DNA of 64,000 bases from Octopus sinensis (lineage: Eukaryota), in NCBI RefSeq assembly GCF_006345805.1, contig NC_043015.1:48236001-48300000 (forward strand). The letters are read 5' to 3'. Shown in pieces: positions 14,601 to 30,289 of this stretch (the stretch's first letter is position 1; every line of letters begins with the position of its first letter). A program made the translations under genes and the position numbers. The notes under the pieces were generated by a model. It saw only the letters and a program-made list of their open reading frames with translations, had not been told where the DNA came from and did no database searches.

Positions 14601-14907
14601 TGTGGTAAGAAGTTTGCTTCCCGAACCAACGCTGACCGTTAAGCAAAGAGGGGCCAACACAAAGACCCACGCAACACACACTGACGACACATCATCATCT
14701 TTCTTTCTGTTACTTGTTTCAGTCATTTGACTGCGGCCATGCAGGGGCACTGTCTTCAGTGGAGCAAATCGACCCCAGGACTTATTCTTTGTAAGCCTAG
14801 TACTTATTCTATCGGTCTCTTGTGCCGAACCGCTAAGTTACGGGGACAGAAACACACCAGCATCGGTTGTCAAGCGATGTTGGGGAGACAAACACACACA
14901 CACACAC

Positions 14908-14946
<39 letters not shown>

Positions 14947-15070
14947 CATCATCATCGTTTAACGTCCGTTCTCCATGCTAGCATGGGTTGGACGGTTCGA
15001 CCGGGGATCTGGGAAGCCAGAAGGCTGCACCAGGCTCCATTCTTATCTGGCAATGTTTCTACAGCTATAT

Positions 15071-15101
<31 letters not shown>

Positions 15102-17968
15102 CAGCATCATCATCGTTTAACGTCCGTTCTCCATGCTAGCATGGGTTGGACGGTTCGACCGGGGATCTGGGAAGCCAGAAGGCTGCACCAGGCTCCATTC
15201 TTATCTGGCAATGTTTCTACAGCTATATATATATATATATATATATATACATGACAGGCTTCTTTCAGTTTCCGTCTACCAAATCCACTCACAAGGCTTT
15301 GGTTGGCCCGAGGCTATAGCAGAAGACACTTGCCCAAGGTGCCACGCATCATCATCATCATCGTTTAATGTCCGCTTTCCATGCTAGCATGGGTTGGACG
15401 ATTTGACTGAGGACTGGCATACCAGATGGCTGCACCAGGCTCCAATCTGATCTGGCAGAGTTTCTACAACTGGATGCCCTTCCTAATGCCAACCACTCTG
15501 AGAATGTAGTGGGTGCTTTTATGTGCCACCGGCATGAGCGCTAGTCAGGTGGCACTGGCAACGGCCATTCTCAAATGGTGTTATCCCCACTTAAACATGG
15601 ATGTTCTGTTGCAACAAACTATACCGCAGTAGATACCATGAGAGAAACTCTCATATTAGCTTTTTGAGCAAAATGCATTGTTGTTTATATAACTGGCCAG
15701 CCGGCGATATAGTTTGTTCTAGCACAGAACCATGAGTTGGATGTAGTCTCTTCTAACAGAACATCCAAATGAGAATGAAAGTTATCTTTCAGTATTAATG
15801 GAAGCACTCCGTCGGTTACGACGACGAGGGTTCTGGTTGATCCGATCAACGGAACAGCCTGCTCGTGAAATTAACGTGTAAGTGGCTGAGCACACCACAG
15901 ACACGTGTACCCTTAACGTAGTTCTCGGGGATATTCAGCGTAACACAGAGAGTGACAAGGCCAGCCCCTTGAAATACAGGTACAACAGAAACAGGAAGTA
16001 AGAGTGAGAGAAAGTTGTGGTGAAAGAGTCATGTACTGGGAGTTCATTTAAATTGGCCATACCTTTCCCCATGTAGTAGACTATTTACAGACTATGTCTG
16101 TAAACTTTAAGTGTGATGGCTGTGTATAATTTTCCTCAGGAGGTTAGCATCTAATGGTTAATTTATATTGATTTCAGGTCAGATGAAGATTCAGATAATA
16201 AGAATAAAGAAGTTGAAGAGCAACAAGCAGTAAGTAGTGTTTCTGTAACAATCAGTAACTTATTTAGGTGGTTGATTTTAATGTGTGAATCAATCGATTT
16301 TTTTTTTCATACAAGAATTAATCAATATCTATAAAGCTGAAATGCGAAAAAGTTGTTAGATTTCTTGGTTATTTGTCTCATTTTGGCATGGGAACGGTTT
16401 AAGGGGCAGTAGATGGGGTCGGATTGGCACCAAAAATTTACACTGGGGTGGGCAATGGTGTGAAGAGGGTTGCAAGTTGCTCAGGGCTACCATTTGGTTG
16501 CCATGGTGAGGAATATGGGAAAAATTGAGTTTTATAGGATTGAGAGGTTGCGCTGTTTGAATAATGGTGGCTTTTCGTGTTGCTGCAGGGGCTAGAGGCG
16601 GTTATCTTTAATTGTGGGTGTAAAAACTTGTGGGATTTTGGAAATGGGGGGGTAAAGAAGAGAGCAAGGCAAAGAAGACGAACAAAAGAAGAAAGGGAAA
16701 AGGAGACAACGTGCACAAAACAACACCACCACCAAAACCCGAGCAAAACATGGATCAAAACAGCTTGTTGGTCTTAGAATGGGAATTAATTAGATTTAAT
16801 TAATTTAATTTAGATTTAATTAGTTTAAGTGTTCTTTTATCTGTTATCTTTTACTGGTTTCAGTCAGTGGGCTGGAGCCATGCTGTAGCACCACCTTCAA
16901 CAGTTTGGTCAACGTTTGATACTTATTCTGTTCGTGTCTGTTTGCTGAACCACTAAGTCATGGTGACATGAACATACTTTCTAGCGATAGTGAGGGTCAA
17001 ACCCAAAAAAGAAACAGAACCATCCAGTCCAGACTGTAAGTCGCTTGGCATCTGGAAGGGCATCCAGCTATAAAAATCTTGCCAAAACTAACTTTGCATG
17101 TGCTGGTGCCACGTACAAAGCACTGAGTCCACTCTGCAGAATGTTTGGTGTTAGGAAGGGCATCCAGCTGTAAAATCCTTGCCAAGACAGACACAGTAGC
17201 CTTGGGTAGATTTTCTATATATACATGCATATATACATGTGTATATATACATGTATATATGTATGTATTTTTGTGTGTGTGTATATATACAGTTGCCGCC
17301 AAAATGTTCAGAACGGCATTGTTTTCGTCAGAAAAGTAGGTATAATTTTTTTATCAAAGTTGTTTTATATTCCATAATTTTCACAGACAATAAATACGAT
17401 ATTATTTGTTATTGCGGTTATTTTCAAAAGTCTTTGAAAACTACTGCAGTGAATTATTTATGCGGTATTTATTTCCGGTAATCTAGCGCGCCTAAATGAA
17501 GACTTTTGAAAATAACCACAAATGTAATAGTGTAATAGGTAGAACTACATTCATTTTCGACCTCGTGTTGATATCTGGCGTGAAGTTCTGCAAATTATAT
17601 TCTGCATAGACGATCATACTGACGATCTACAGATAAATTGTGTAAGTAAAATTACGTAATTTGTTGAGAGTGATACAATTGTTTATGATTAACCTATATT
17701 TTTTTTTACTTTTCATTTATCTTGCTGACTTACGTTTCTGATGTGCTAAATTTTCTGGAGAACAATTTTTAGTGGTTGAGACCATAGCGGATCTTCTTCT
17801 AGAATAAGGGTTTCCACATAGTGGTTAAAAAAATTCCCTCTTATATTTATGTATGAAATACTATTTACTGAATCTCAGTTTTATTTATATGCTAGACCAC
17901 TGGAGTTAAAATTGATGTTATCAAATTAATATCCAATTTTTCACCCTCATTTTGATTTTAATTTTATA

Positions 17969-18021
<53 letters not shown>

Positions 18022-21000
18022 CCTTCGAACATTGGGCCTCACAGAGGCAATGACAGGAGACTGGGACCTTTGGAGATATGCTGTGATTGAGAAGACCCGG
18101 CAACTAAAGTGAAATTGCAGCCATGCATGTTCAGCCCTGTTAAGAATACCCCTGCTGATGCGTCGGGTGATATGATATGATATGCTTGAGAAGACCTGTT
18201 GAGTCAAGTAAAAGCAATTTCACAGCAGGGGCCGGTGCCGCTGACTGGCTCCCGTGCTGGTGGCATGTAAAAAGCACCATCCGAACATTGTCGATGCCAG
18301 GTCTGCCTGACTGGCTCATGTGCCTGTGGCACATAAAAAGCACCAACAGATCGTGACCAATGCCAGTACCCCCCGACTAGCTCCTGTACCGGTGGCACAT
18401 AAAAAGCACCTACTATACTCTCTATGAGACAATAGTATAAGACAATAATATAAGACAATACTATGAGACAGTAGTATAAAAACAATTGTATGAGACAACA
18501 GTATAAGACAATACTATGAGATAATAGTATAAGACAATACTATGAGACAATAGTATAAAAACAATTGTATGAGACAACAGCATAAGACAATACTATAAGA
18601 CAATAGTATAAGACAATACTATGAGACAATAATATATGACAATAAAATAAGTCAGTATAAGACAAGTTATGAGACATTTGTACAAGTATTCCATCTGTTG
18701 TTTATAGGAAACCTTCACGGAACCGGAAGAGTTGACAGAAGATGAAGAATGTATTAGACACTTTCTCGAGGCTAACACCCCTTTATCTAGTGACTTACTG
18801 TCGACAATTATATCACCTTGGTGGTTTGAAGAACCATACAGGTTTGTGTAAATAATTCTACTACTGATGTTATCTTTTAAGATTGGTCTTATATATATGA
18901 TGGTTAGGACTAGAGTTAGGATTAGAGTTAAGGTTGCATAAGATCCACAATAACTATTCTGGTTCTTCTTATTTCTTAGAAAATGGAATAACTGTTTCAC
19001 TGAATGTTAACTGCCTCGAAACATCTTGGTGAAGTTGTTGAGTAGCCATGGTTTGTCTTACTGGAAGTGAATTGTACCATTGAAAGTCATCATTATCATC
19101 ATCATCATCATCGTCATCATCATTGTTGGTGGCGGTGTTGGTGGTGGCGGCATCATCATTGTCATCTTTTCACATCTAAGTACTTGACTTCGGTCCATCA
19201 TTGTAAATATGCCAAGCTCTAGCCAGGGACCATATCTTATTATATTCCATCATGCAATGGTTATTTCTGTGGAGTGCAGTCCAGGCATTAGTCAACTGCC
19301 GCAGAAGACACTACCTGTGTCACTGTGAAGCGAGCTTTCCAACCACACAGCCATTGTTGTGGCTGTGGTAATAATGAGTAAGGATAGTTGTTAGATAAAA
19401 TTATCAGGTTGCTAGTGTGGTATGCTAATGGTCATGTAGCCTAGTGGTTGAGGTGTTGCACTCATCATCACTAGATCATGGTTTCAATTCCCAGATTGGC
19501 AGTGTGTTGTGTTCTTTAGCAAAACACTTACCATAAATCCTCGAGTATAATCCGCATTTTTTTCCCAAAATTTAAAGGTCAAAATCCCTAGTGCATACTG
19601 TATACGAGGTTAAAAATGAAAAATATTTCTTAAGCAATGTCCAAGTCTCTATTTGCTGTCCGGCAATGTTTATTCAGACGCATTTTGTGATGTCGGGCAC
19701 GAAAATACCTTAAGCTAAGCCTGAAAGCAATGAAGTCATAAAAGAATCATCCATAACTTGCAGTAAGCAACATTTATTAAAATAAAAGTATTCAGAACAC
19801 AGAATAACATGTAACAAAAACAATTTGCAAACATATTTACATTCCCATATACCAGTTAAGAACATCACCATTATTGTATTACGTATGCACAGAAGTGTTT
19901 GTTTGACTAGGTGCTGCTGGCTTAATTACGCATGACTCGTTAGAGAAGGGGTGCATATTATACACAATGTTTAGGTTTTTCAGAGGTACAACCCCCTAAA
20001 AATCCCCTACGTATTATGCTCAAGGGCGGACTATACTTGAGGATTTACAGTAATTTCACATTGCTCCAGTCAAACCAGCTGTAAGATTTTGTCGATGTGA
20101 TTGTTTATTATGTGGAATGACATGATAGGGTAGGTGAGAGAGCCTGGATCTAGTCAGTTTGAAGATAAGACAGGTAGACTGCTTGAGCCAGATATGGGTG
20201 GTTTAAATGCTTAATCCAGTTCAACCAGCTGCAAATGGGTAACCTTGCAATGGACTATTATTCTGCTCAGGAAGGATATTTGCTTGCCTGACCAGTCGGG
20301 TGACATTGCTCAAAAGCTACAATGATGGAAAGAAATGCATGGTGACCAGCAACAAATAATAACAAGTGATAAGTTGGTTGGCCTGGTGGGCGGCGAGCTG
20401 GCAGAAACATTAGCACGCCGGGCAAAATGCTTAGCGGTATTTCGTCTGTCTTAACGCTCTGAGTTCAAATTCCGCCGAGGTCGACTTTGCCTTTCATCCT
20501 CTCGGGGTCGATAAATTAAGTACCAGTTACGTACTGGGGTCGATGTAATCGACTTAATACCTATGTCTGTCCTTGTTTGTCCCCTCTGTGTTTAGCCCCT
20601 TGTGGGTAATAAAGAAATAGGTATTATATTTATATTAAACCTTTTAGCATTCAGATTATTCTGTCGAATGTAATGCTTATTTATCCACATTGTTTTGAAT
20701 TATTCATGCATTATCTCGTAGCTTCAAAAATTTTGTTGATGTGATTGTTTATTATGTAGAATGACATCATGGGGTAGGTGAGAGAGGCTACTCTTCTCCT
20801 CTGGAAGCCATCTACTTGCAATACCAGAGGGCGCACACTCTCCTACTCTGATGTAATCTCCAGGGATACAGGCATCCAGCAACAGGACCTCCGTAATGCC
20901 ATGATGGACCGTGAAGTCTGGCGTAGCATGGTAAATTCCATTGTCTCGACCATGGTCGAACAATGATGATGATGATGATGATGAGAGAGGCTGGAGCTGG

Positions 21001-24000
21001 TCAGTTTGAACATAGGACAGGTAGACTATTTGGGCTGGATATGACTGGTTTAAATACTAAAGGGTTAAATTATATTTTAAAACAAAATACTTATTAATTC
21101 TTCATAGCAACAATTTTAAAACTATACATATGATATTTCTTGTGTTTTAGATCAGTTGGGTTCGTATTAGAAGGTTATCCAAGTATGGTAGATGATGTCA
21201 GTTTAACAGCAAATAGTGGATGTTTCCCAGAAGTTGCCATCATCTTAAACATTGAAGCAGAGGATGTTATTAACAGATTGTTGCCAGCCAGACTAAATTC
21301 TTGGAAAACTAAAAGGGATGCGAAACTTGAAAAAGTAGAGAAGAAAAAGGATCAAATAATGCAGGAAAGAGTGAGTAAACATTTCAGAGATTATTATCAT
21401 TGATTTCATTTTTAAAGCATTATTGTTAGTTCGTTAGTTCAGAAATTCTGTTAATTTTTTTTTGCTTATTCTCTCCTTATTGGGCAATCTCACTAATGCC
21501 AATGGCAGGAAGAAGAGCACTCACTACGCACCGTAAAGTGGTTGACATTAGGAAGGGCATCCAGCCTTAGAAGTCATGCCAAAGCTGACGCTGGAGCTCA
21601 ATGTAGCCCTATGGCTCGCCAAATCCTGCCAAATCATTCAACCCATCTCAGCATGGAAAACAGTTGTTAAATGATGATGATAACAATGATGATGACAAAG
21701 ATGATGATGATGAGGAGGAGGATGGTGATGATTATATTGATGAGGATGAAGACGACAGGAGTTTAATATCTTTGGAGGGTCATTATGCCAATAATGTACA
21801 CCAGCACTGGATTCTGTTTCACTTCTTTATTAATTGTCAATTGGTTAGCTGTTAAACCAATTAACTCATCAATCATCTGATTAATCATCATCATCATTTA
21901 ACGTTCATTTTTCCACGATGGCATGGGTTGAATGGTTTAACTGAACACTGGTAAGCTGGAGAGCTGCACCAGTTACCAATCTGATCTGGCATGGTTTCCA
22001 CAGCTGGATGCTCTTCCTAACGCCAACCACTCCAAGAGTGTAGTGGATGCTTTTTACGTGCCAGTTATATAACTCTGACATTGGCCCTGACTATGATCTC
22101 AGTTGCCTTGATGAGTGTTTTTCTCAAGCACAGCATATTGCCAAAGGTCTTAGTCACTTATCACTGTCTTCACGAGGACCAATATTTGAATGGTGCTTTG
22201 TACATGGCACCGGTATGGGTGCCAGTTATGCGACACTGGCATTGACTACAACTATGATTTCACTTGGCTTGACAGATCAAACAGTGCATTTTATGTGCCA
22301 TTTATGCAACACTGACATCGACCATGACTACAATTTCATTTGGTTTGACTGGTCGAATGGTGTTTTTTAGGTGTCACTGGCACAGGTGCCACTTACATAA
22401 CACTAGTATCACCCATGACTATGATTCCACTTGGCTTGACTGGTCTTCTCAAGCATGGCATATCACCAAATGTCTCAGTCACTTGTCATTGCCTCCCAAT
22501 CAGTTATGGTGACGAGCTGGCAGAAACGGTAGCACATCAGGCAAAATGCCTAGCGGTATTTCGTCTGTCGTTACGTTCTGTGTTCAAATTCCGCTGAGGT
22601 CGACTTTGCCTTTCATCCTTTCAGGGTCAATTAAATAAGTACCAGTTACACACTGGGCTTGATGTAATCAATCCCTTTGTCTGTCCTTGTTTGTCCCCTC
22701 TATGTTTAGCCCCCTGTGTGCAATAAAGAAATAAATCAGTTATGTTTGTCAGGGGTCATTTTATCACCAATTGTGCTGATGAGGTGTACAGGTGGCTCCT
22801 CAAAGTATAAGTAAAAGTGAGTGGAGACAGAGGGACTAGCAGTATTTGGGTGGGGGGTGGGGTGGGATAAATGCAAAGAGAATAGAAGGGGGCAAGAGAT
22901 GGAGAAATGCACCGGCATCTAACCCCTATTTTATAATCTCAACAGCTTATACCTTGTTATATAATCTCTCATCACTTAATACCCAGTTATAATTTTAATT
23001 CACCTCTTTATTTCCCCCAACAAATAATATGGTTATCTCCGATCATTGCTTATTTTTATTCAAAATATTTTATTTTATCCGTTCTCCGTTTCAAGAGTGA
23101 AAACATTGAAAAAAGACGTATGGAAATATTAAATGAACTCACCGAAAAACAAAAAGCAGCAGAAGAGGTATTTACTTAATTATATTCTAATAATTAATTA
23201 ATAATTTAAGGCAGTGAGCTGGCAGAATCGTTAAGCCGTTAGCATACTGGACAAAATGTTTAGTGGCATTTCAACTGTCTTTACGTTCTGAGTTCAAACT
23301 CCGCTGAAGTTGACTTTGCCTTCCATCCTTTCAGAATTGATAAAGTAAGTACCAGCTAAGTGCTGGGGTCGATATAATCGACTTTCCCCTCCCCCTGAAA
23401 TTGCTCGCCTTGTGCCAAAGTTTGAAATCAATAATTAATTGATAGTTAAATTATTGGGTTGTCCAGAAAGTTTGTGCCGATTTATAGTAGCTTACATTTT
23501 GACTTATTTTAGAACATGGTTGAGTCCACAAAATAGGATTTGACTACACCTCCATTTAGAGCACAGTTAAAGCTATCTTTTTGTGGAAGAAGGTTTATGT
23601 TCCTATAACCTGTATTAATTCTGTAACCCTTTAAAATGGAAAATAAGAAAGTTCATTTTCGGCACTTCATGCTTTTCTTTTTCTGTAAAGGGAAAAATGC
23701 CTCACAAGCAACCAAAGAAATATGCACAGTTTACGGTGAGGTTTCTTTATCCGAAAGAACTGTACAAAAGTTGTTCACAAGGTTCTGAGATGGAGATTGT
23801 AGGCTTATTGATAAAGAGCGATCAGGCAGACCATCCACTACAGATGATGACCCAATCAAGTCATTAATTGAGAACAACCCACACTGCACAACCCAAGAAT
23901 TGGCAGAAAGCCTCAACCTATCAAAATCTGTCATTCATGAGTACCTGGTAAAGCTTGGGTACATAAATCGCTATGATGTTTGGGTACCACATGAGTTGAG

Positions 24001-26335
24001 TGAGAAGAACCTTTTGGATCGCATTTCCATCTGTGATTCGCTTTATAAACGGAATGAAAATGCACCTTTTTTAAAGTAAATTGTGACAGGTGATGAGAAA
24101 TGGATTATCTACCGAAATGTTCAGAGAAAGTGATCTTAGAGTAAGCGACATGAGCCACCCTTAGCCACCCCAAAAACAGGTCTTCACCTTTAAAAAATCT
24201 TGCTTTGGAGGAGGAGGAGGAGGAGGACAATGATGATGATGTGGTAATGACTGATGATGATGATTACTACTACTGCTACTCTTGATGCTGCTGCTGCTAC
24301 TACTACTACTACTACTATTACTACCTTAGGAAAGAATTACAGTTGTAATGATGTAATTTTTCCTTCTTGTAACTAAGCTGCATTTTTATTTTTTGTAAAA
24401 TTTTCATATCATTTAAAGGAAGGAAAAGAAGAGGATCCTGATGAAGAAATGGACATTGAATCAACACTGTTGGAAGAATTTCCGGTAATTATAAGTTATG
24501 TCTTCAACTTAAGCTTAACAATAGATTTTAGAACATTGAGTAAGTTTCTCAATAAACTTTGGAAACATATTGTGGTGTTTTACAATTTAGAAATAAAAAA
24601 GTGAGTATTTTTTTTGGCCATTTATAATCCTATTTTACTTTATAGAACTGGGTTAATCCTCTGACCACCTTTTAGAACTGAGATAATCCTCAGTTCATTT
24701 TATAGAATTGGAATAATCCTCAGTCTATTTTATTGAAGTGAGATAATCCTCAGTTCATTTTATAGAACTGGGATAATCCTCTGCCAATTTTATGGAACTG
24801 GGATAATCTCCTCTTCATTTTATAGAACTGGGATACTATAATGTATAGAATCCTGTTTTAAATAAAGTTTTACAAAGAATATTTATTGAAAGATAGTCTT
24901 TGAATAGTTTTCTCTTTTGATATAATTTCTTCGTAAAACTACGTACCTATGGATTCTGTCTTGCAGTTGCCTGAAGATGACAGAAGGGATGAATTTGAAA
25001 CTGAAGATGATGCCAGAGCTAGATTTTCTAAAGATATTTCAACGTTATATGAGGCAGAAAATTCAGAAATAGAAAAAGTTCGGGTTAGTTACTATGATTT
25101 TCCTTTGCTTTTTTTCTTTACAACATCAAGGGGTAATAACAGATGTAGACAAAAGCAAGAGAAGGTGATGTTCAATAAGAGACAAACACTCTCATTCCTA
25201 TATACACACACACACATAAATCCCGTCTTCTATCACCACCCCTTGTTTGATGTAAATCACTGTCTTTCAGACCTTTTTATTAATTACTAGCATTATGACC
25301 CGGCAACGACGGGTCATAGTGCTAGTGCATGTATATATGTGTATATATAAGTGTACATATTACATGTACATCTATATATATACATCTACACATAAAATAC
25401 AAAATACAAAGTTATATCTTGATATCGCCAGTGATAACAATACTCAAAATATATAACAGACTGGAATTGTAGGCCCGTCTCTTACAATTTCGATCAATTG
25501 GATCTTGTCCTCCCTCTTGTATAGAAGTGTGGCTACAATCCAGCCTACCTCAACTTCTGGGGGGGGGAGAGACATTTTAAATTTTTATCCGGTACATCCT
25601 ACGTCCCAGATATAAAGGTAAAAATAAAATATTTCCACTTTGCAAGTTCGAGTCGAGTACTCCCTTGCACGTTCCGTTGACTCGAACCTTGCTTCTATTG
25701 TGGCGAATTTACCGCCTCTGGTTAGATATCTTTCATAGTCGCACCAAGACACTTTTCGAAGGTGCTTTCCTCCAGGTGTTCAAATCTTTTTTTTCTACAT
25801 TGTATACTTTATAGACAATAGTCTTTTCTTTAATTTAATTTTTTATTATCCAACTGGACTATTCCATTTCTGCACGCTAATTTTATTTTTAACTTATTCC
25901 CATTCATGTGAAACCACTTATTCAAGTTCAAATCATTGATGCAATTTTATACCAATTGCTATTTTTACTTTTGTTATGTTACGATTATATTATACTTTAG
26001 TTTGATTTTAATTATTACTTACTACATATAATTCAATTGTTATTATTATTTTTATTGTTAAAGTAAAAGTATCTGACATAAAATAACATGTAATACTGAA
26101 ATAGTGGAGAAGATATATTACTATGGGCTCGTTCTAGGCAAGAAGTTGAACATTTTTTTTGCCCATGAAACTACATGGACCCTAAGTAAGGCATGTGTAA
26201 AATTTGAATGGAATTGGTTGTGTAGTTCTCAAGTTTTAGGGAAACACACAGACAGACAGACAGACAGACAGACACACATCTCAGTTTTATATATAGAGAG
26301 ATTCTCTAATGATTCTCCCAGCTCATCGCCTTAGA

Positions 26336-26371
<36 letters not shown>

Positions 26372-29300
26372 CCTGATGCAGTACCAGGCAGTGGCTCTCA
26401 TGGCTTCTGATCTTAACTGATTGAAAGTGTTATCATGTACATTGTTTTGTCTTGGTATAAAAGATGGGCTACAGCAAATATTCTGCTCAATACCACAGAT
26501 TTGCTTGTCAGTTGTTTGACCATAACCAGTTGAGCATGTCCCTTAGTGGCTGACGATATGTGCATCTCTGATCACGAGCAGAAGTAGTGGGGGAGCATCA
26601 TAGCCATGTGTTGAGAGGGATTCTTTGGGGTTTGAATAATTCACCTCTGGAAACATGGGTGGTTCTTTCAACATCCTTAAACAACCCTTATTCAGGGACC
26701 TTTTGAGCAGGATGGGCTACTCAACCTGAAGAAAATTCTAACTGGGCCCCACCTGCAAGGTCATGCGCTGTTTATCTTGATATGAGATCACCATGTCGCG
26801 CACATATGGTTGTGATGCATGTGCCTGGTGTACCTTTATCAGACGGGTAGTCATGATGGGTATATTGGGTTTCGTATATTTTACCCCAGTGTCACTTTGA
26901 TGACATGCACTGCTCTCTCACTCAATAATAATAATAATAATAATAATATTTTTGGGTGGGGGTTATTAATGTGCTTGATTCAGTTATAAAGACTATAAAA
27001 TGTCTCCTTGTTGCCCTGCCACCAATTTTTGCTTTTGTCCCATCTCCCAACCATCAATGTTTTATTCTTTGTTTATATACCATTAAAAATTTTGCTGTAA
27101 CTTTTGTGATTGATGTTATTTTTGTTTGTTGATGTTTTACTTAAATGGTGGTCAATCACAGTTTTGTTCTTTCACATCCACAAATTCAAACAGTTTGTTA
27201 ATACCATTGTATATCATTGTCTTATTCTTTTATATTTAACAAACAAGTCAGTAGCAGGGGAGGGTGCACTGAATGTGTAGCTGCTAGAATAAGAATAGCC
27301 TGGGCAAAGTTCAGAGAGCTCTTACCTCTGCTGGTGACAAAGGGCTTCTTGCTCAAAGTAAAAGATGGACTGTATGACACATGTGTATGAACAGCCATGC
27401 TACATGGCAGTGAAACATGGGCCGTGACTGCTGAGGACATGCGTAAGCTCGCAAGGAATGAAGCCAGTATGCTCCGATAGATGTGTAATGTCAGTGTGCA
27501 TACTCGACAGAGTGTAAGTACCTTGAGAGAAAAGTTGGACCTAAGAAGCATCAGATGTGGTGTGCAAGAGACACGACTGCGCTGGTATGGTCATGTGGTG
27601 CGAATGGATGAGGATAGCTGTGTGAAAAAGTGTTACACCTTAGCAGTTGAAGGAACCTGTGGAAGAGGTAGATCCAGGAAGACCTGGGATGAGGTGGTGA
27701 AGCATGACCTTCGAACATTAGGCCTCACCAAGGCAATGACTAGTGACTCAGACCTTTGGAAATATGCTGTGCTTGAGAAGACCCAGCCAGCCAAGTGAGA
27801 CCATAACCACGTGGCCTATGCCAGGGGTGTAACCAGCCCACTTATGCACATCTTTCCTTCATTGGACACTAAACTCTGATTGTGAAGACCTGTTGAGGCA
27901 AGTGAAATCAAAATCGAAATCAAATTAGATGACTGGCTTCCATGCTAGTGGAGTGCTAAGAGCACTATCCGAGCGGGATCGTTGCCAGAGCAGCTAACTG
28001 GCTTCCGTGCTGGTGGCATGTAAAAAGCACCATTCGAGCATGATCATTACCAGCGTTGCCTTACTGGCACTTTTGCTGGTGGCACGTGAGAAAACATTCA
28101 AGTGAGATCGTTGCCAGTGCCGCTGGAGTGCAGGTGGCAAGTAAAAAACACCATTTGAGCGCTGCCGTTGCCAGTACTGCCAGAATGGCCCTCATGCCGG
28201 TGTTACATAAAAGCACCCACTACACTCTCAGAGTGGTTGGCATTAGGAAGTGCATCCAGCTGTAGAAACTCTGCCAGATCAGATTGGAGCCTGGTGCATT
28301 CCTCAGTCAAATCGTCCAACCCATGCTAGCATGGAAAGTGGACGTTAAACGATGACGACGATGAAGCCACTGCCGCTGCCTACGAAACATCTTTACTTAT
28401 GTGTTTCAAAATATCATCTCCCTTAAAATAACTGCTACCAGGACTCCACTTGTTCTAATTTGTCTTTGAATGCAAACAGATGGCAATAGCCAAGACATTA
28501 TGTGTCTGAAAAATTCTCTCTATCAACATATAATGAAGGACAAACAACTATGGTATATCTTCTTTAAGCTATATATAAAAATATCAACTAGGAACAGGAG
28601 TGTATTGGTGTAGTATTTATTTCATTTTGTTCTGTTATACACTGTGAGGGCAAATGCAATCAGCCATCTAAAGACTCTGACCAGAAGTCCCGCCTAACTG
28701 GAAATCCCTTCACTGCAGACCAGCTCACTAGCTAGCCTGTAGGGAAGTTCCTGACTACAGTTTGTCTGTTATCAATTCTTGGGTAGTGGCCTACAATGGT
28801 TTAGCAGCTGAAATATATTATCTACATCTGGAATGATGCCACCAACATGAACTTTTGAAATGTGTTTGTAGTCAAGACTATTATAGTAATTTCATTTATG
28901 AACTTTTTTCACAAGTTAGAAATTCTCTGAAAGATATCTGCGATACATATTTTGTTCTAAAAGATTTTCTGTATAATTGCAGATTGGTTTGGAGGATCAG
29001 CTAATTCCAACCATTATTATCGATGCCAATCAAAGACAGCATATTGTAAATTATATTTTGATGCGATCCTTGAAACCCTATGTTACATATCGACAGAGTC
29101 TGTTTGAAAGAGTGTATCCCGTGAATGAATCAACAGCAAAGTCTCTTCTCCACTCAGGATATAAGCTGCTAAGTCATTTGGGATATTGGTGTCCTGTTAT
29201 GGTAATTCTCACCCTCATGTCACTTGCATATTAATTGTTCTTTATGTACGGACATCTAGTATCATGTAATTGTTTCTGATGTGTTTATGAAACTACTGAT

Positions 29301-30207
29301 ATTTTTCATTTTGCAGCAATTTACATTTTATTTGATAATCATTGCCATTTTAATGTCCAGTTCACCATACTTTCATTGGTCAGACAGAATTTGTTCAAGT
29401 AGTGGAGGCACATGGCCTACTGGTTAGAGCAGTGGACTCGCGGTCGAGGGATCGCTGGTTCGAATCTCAGACCGGGTGATGTGTGTGTGTTTATGAGCAA
29501 AACGCCTAAACTCCTTGCGGCTCCGGCAGAAGGTAATGGCAAACTTCTGCTGACTCTTTCGCCACAACTTTCTCTCACCCTTTCCTCCTGCATCTTGCAG
29601 CTCACCTGCGACGGACCAGCGTCCCGTCCAAGTGCGGAACCTATACGCCAAGGAAACCGGGAAACCAGCCCTTATGAGCCAGGCATGGCTCGAGAAGGAA
29701 CAAACAACAACAATTTGTTCAAGTAGATTTTCTGTGACTGGATACCCTTCCTGTTGCCAACCCTTCCTTGATTCCAAGCAAAGTATTTTTTACCTCTGGC
29801 CAAATATATTTGCATGAAAGATTGAAAACAAACAACATTACTTGTATGATGGTGATCCTCATTTATAACCATCGTGTAAGATCATGTGAAGGTCTGGCTC
29901 TCCATCAGTTACGATGACAAGCGTTCCAGTTGATACAATCAACGGAAACAGCCTGCTCATGAAATTAACATGCAAGTGGCTGAACGTACCACAGACGCAT
30001 GTAGCCTTAACATAGTTCTCAGGGAAATTCAGTATGACACAGAGTGTGACAAGGTTGGCCCTTTGAATTACAGGTACAACTCGTTTTTGCCAGTTGAGTG
30101 GACTGGAGCAAACATGAAGTGAAGTGTCTTGCTCAAGGACACAGCTCTTCACCAGGAATTGAACTTACAACCTTTTCTATTGTGAGCTGTATTTCTTAAG
30201 CACTAAG

Positions 30208-30289
<82 letters not shown>

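Noticed and set aside
16380-16780. G/purine-rich stretch with ORFs on both strands
   Set aside because: No recognisable motif, splice sites or termini; left unclassified.
22776-22810. CTGATGAGG as a hammerhead core
   Set aside because: No GAAA and no closing stems downstream.
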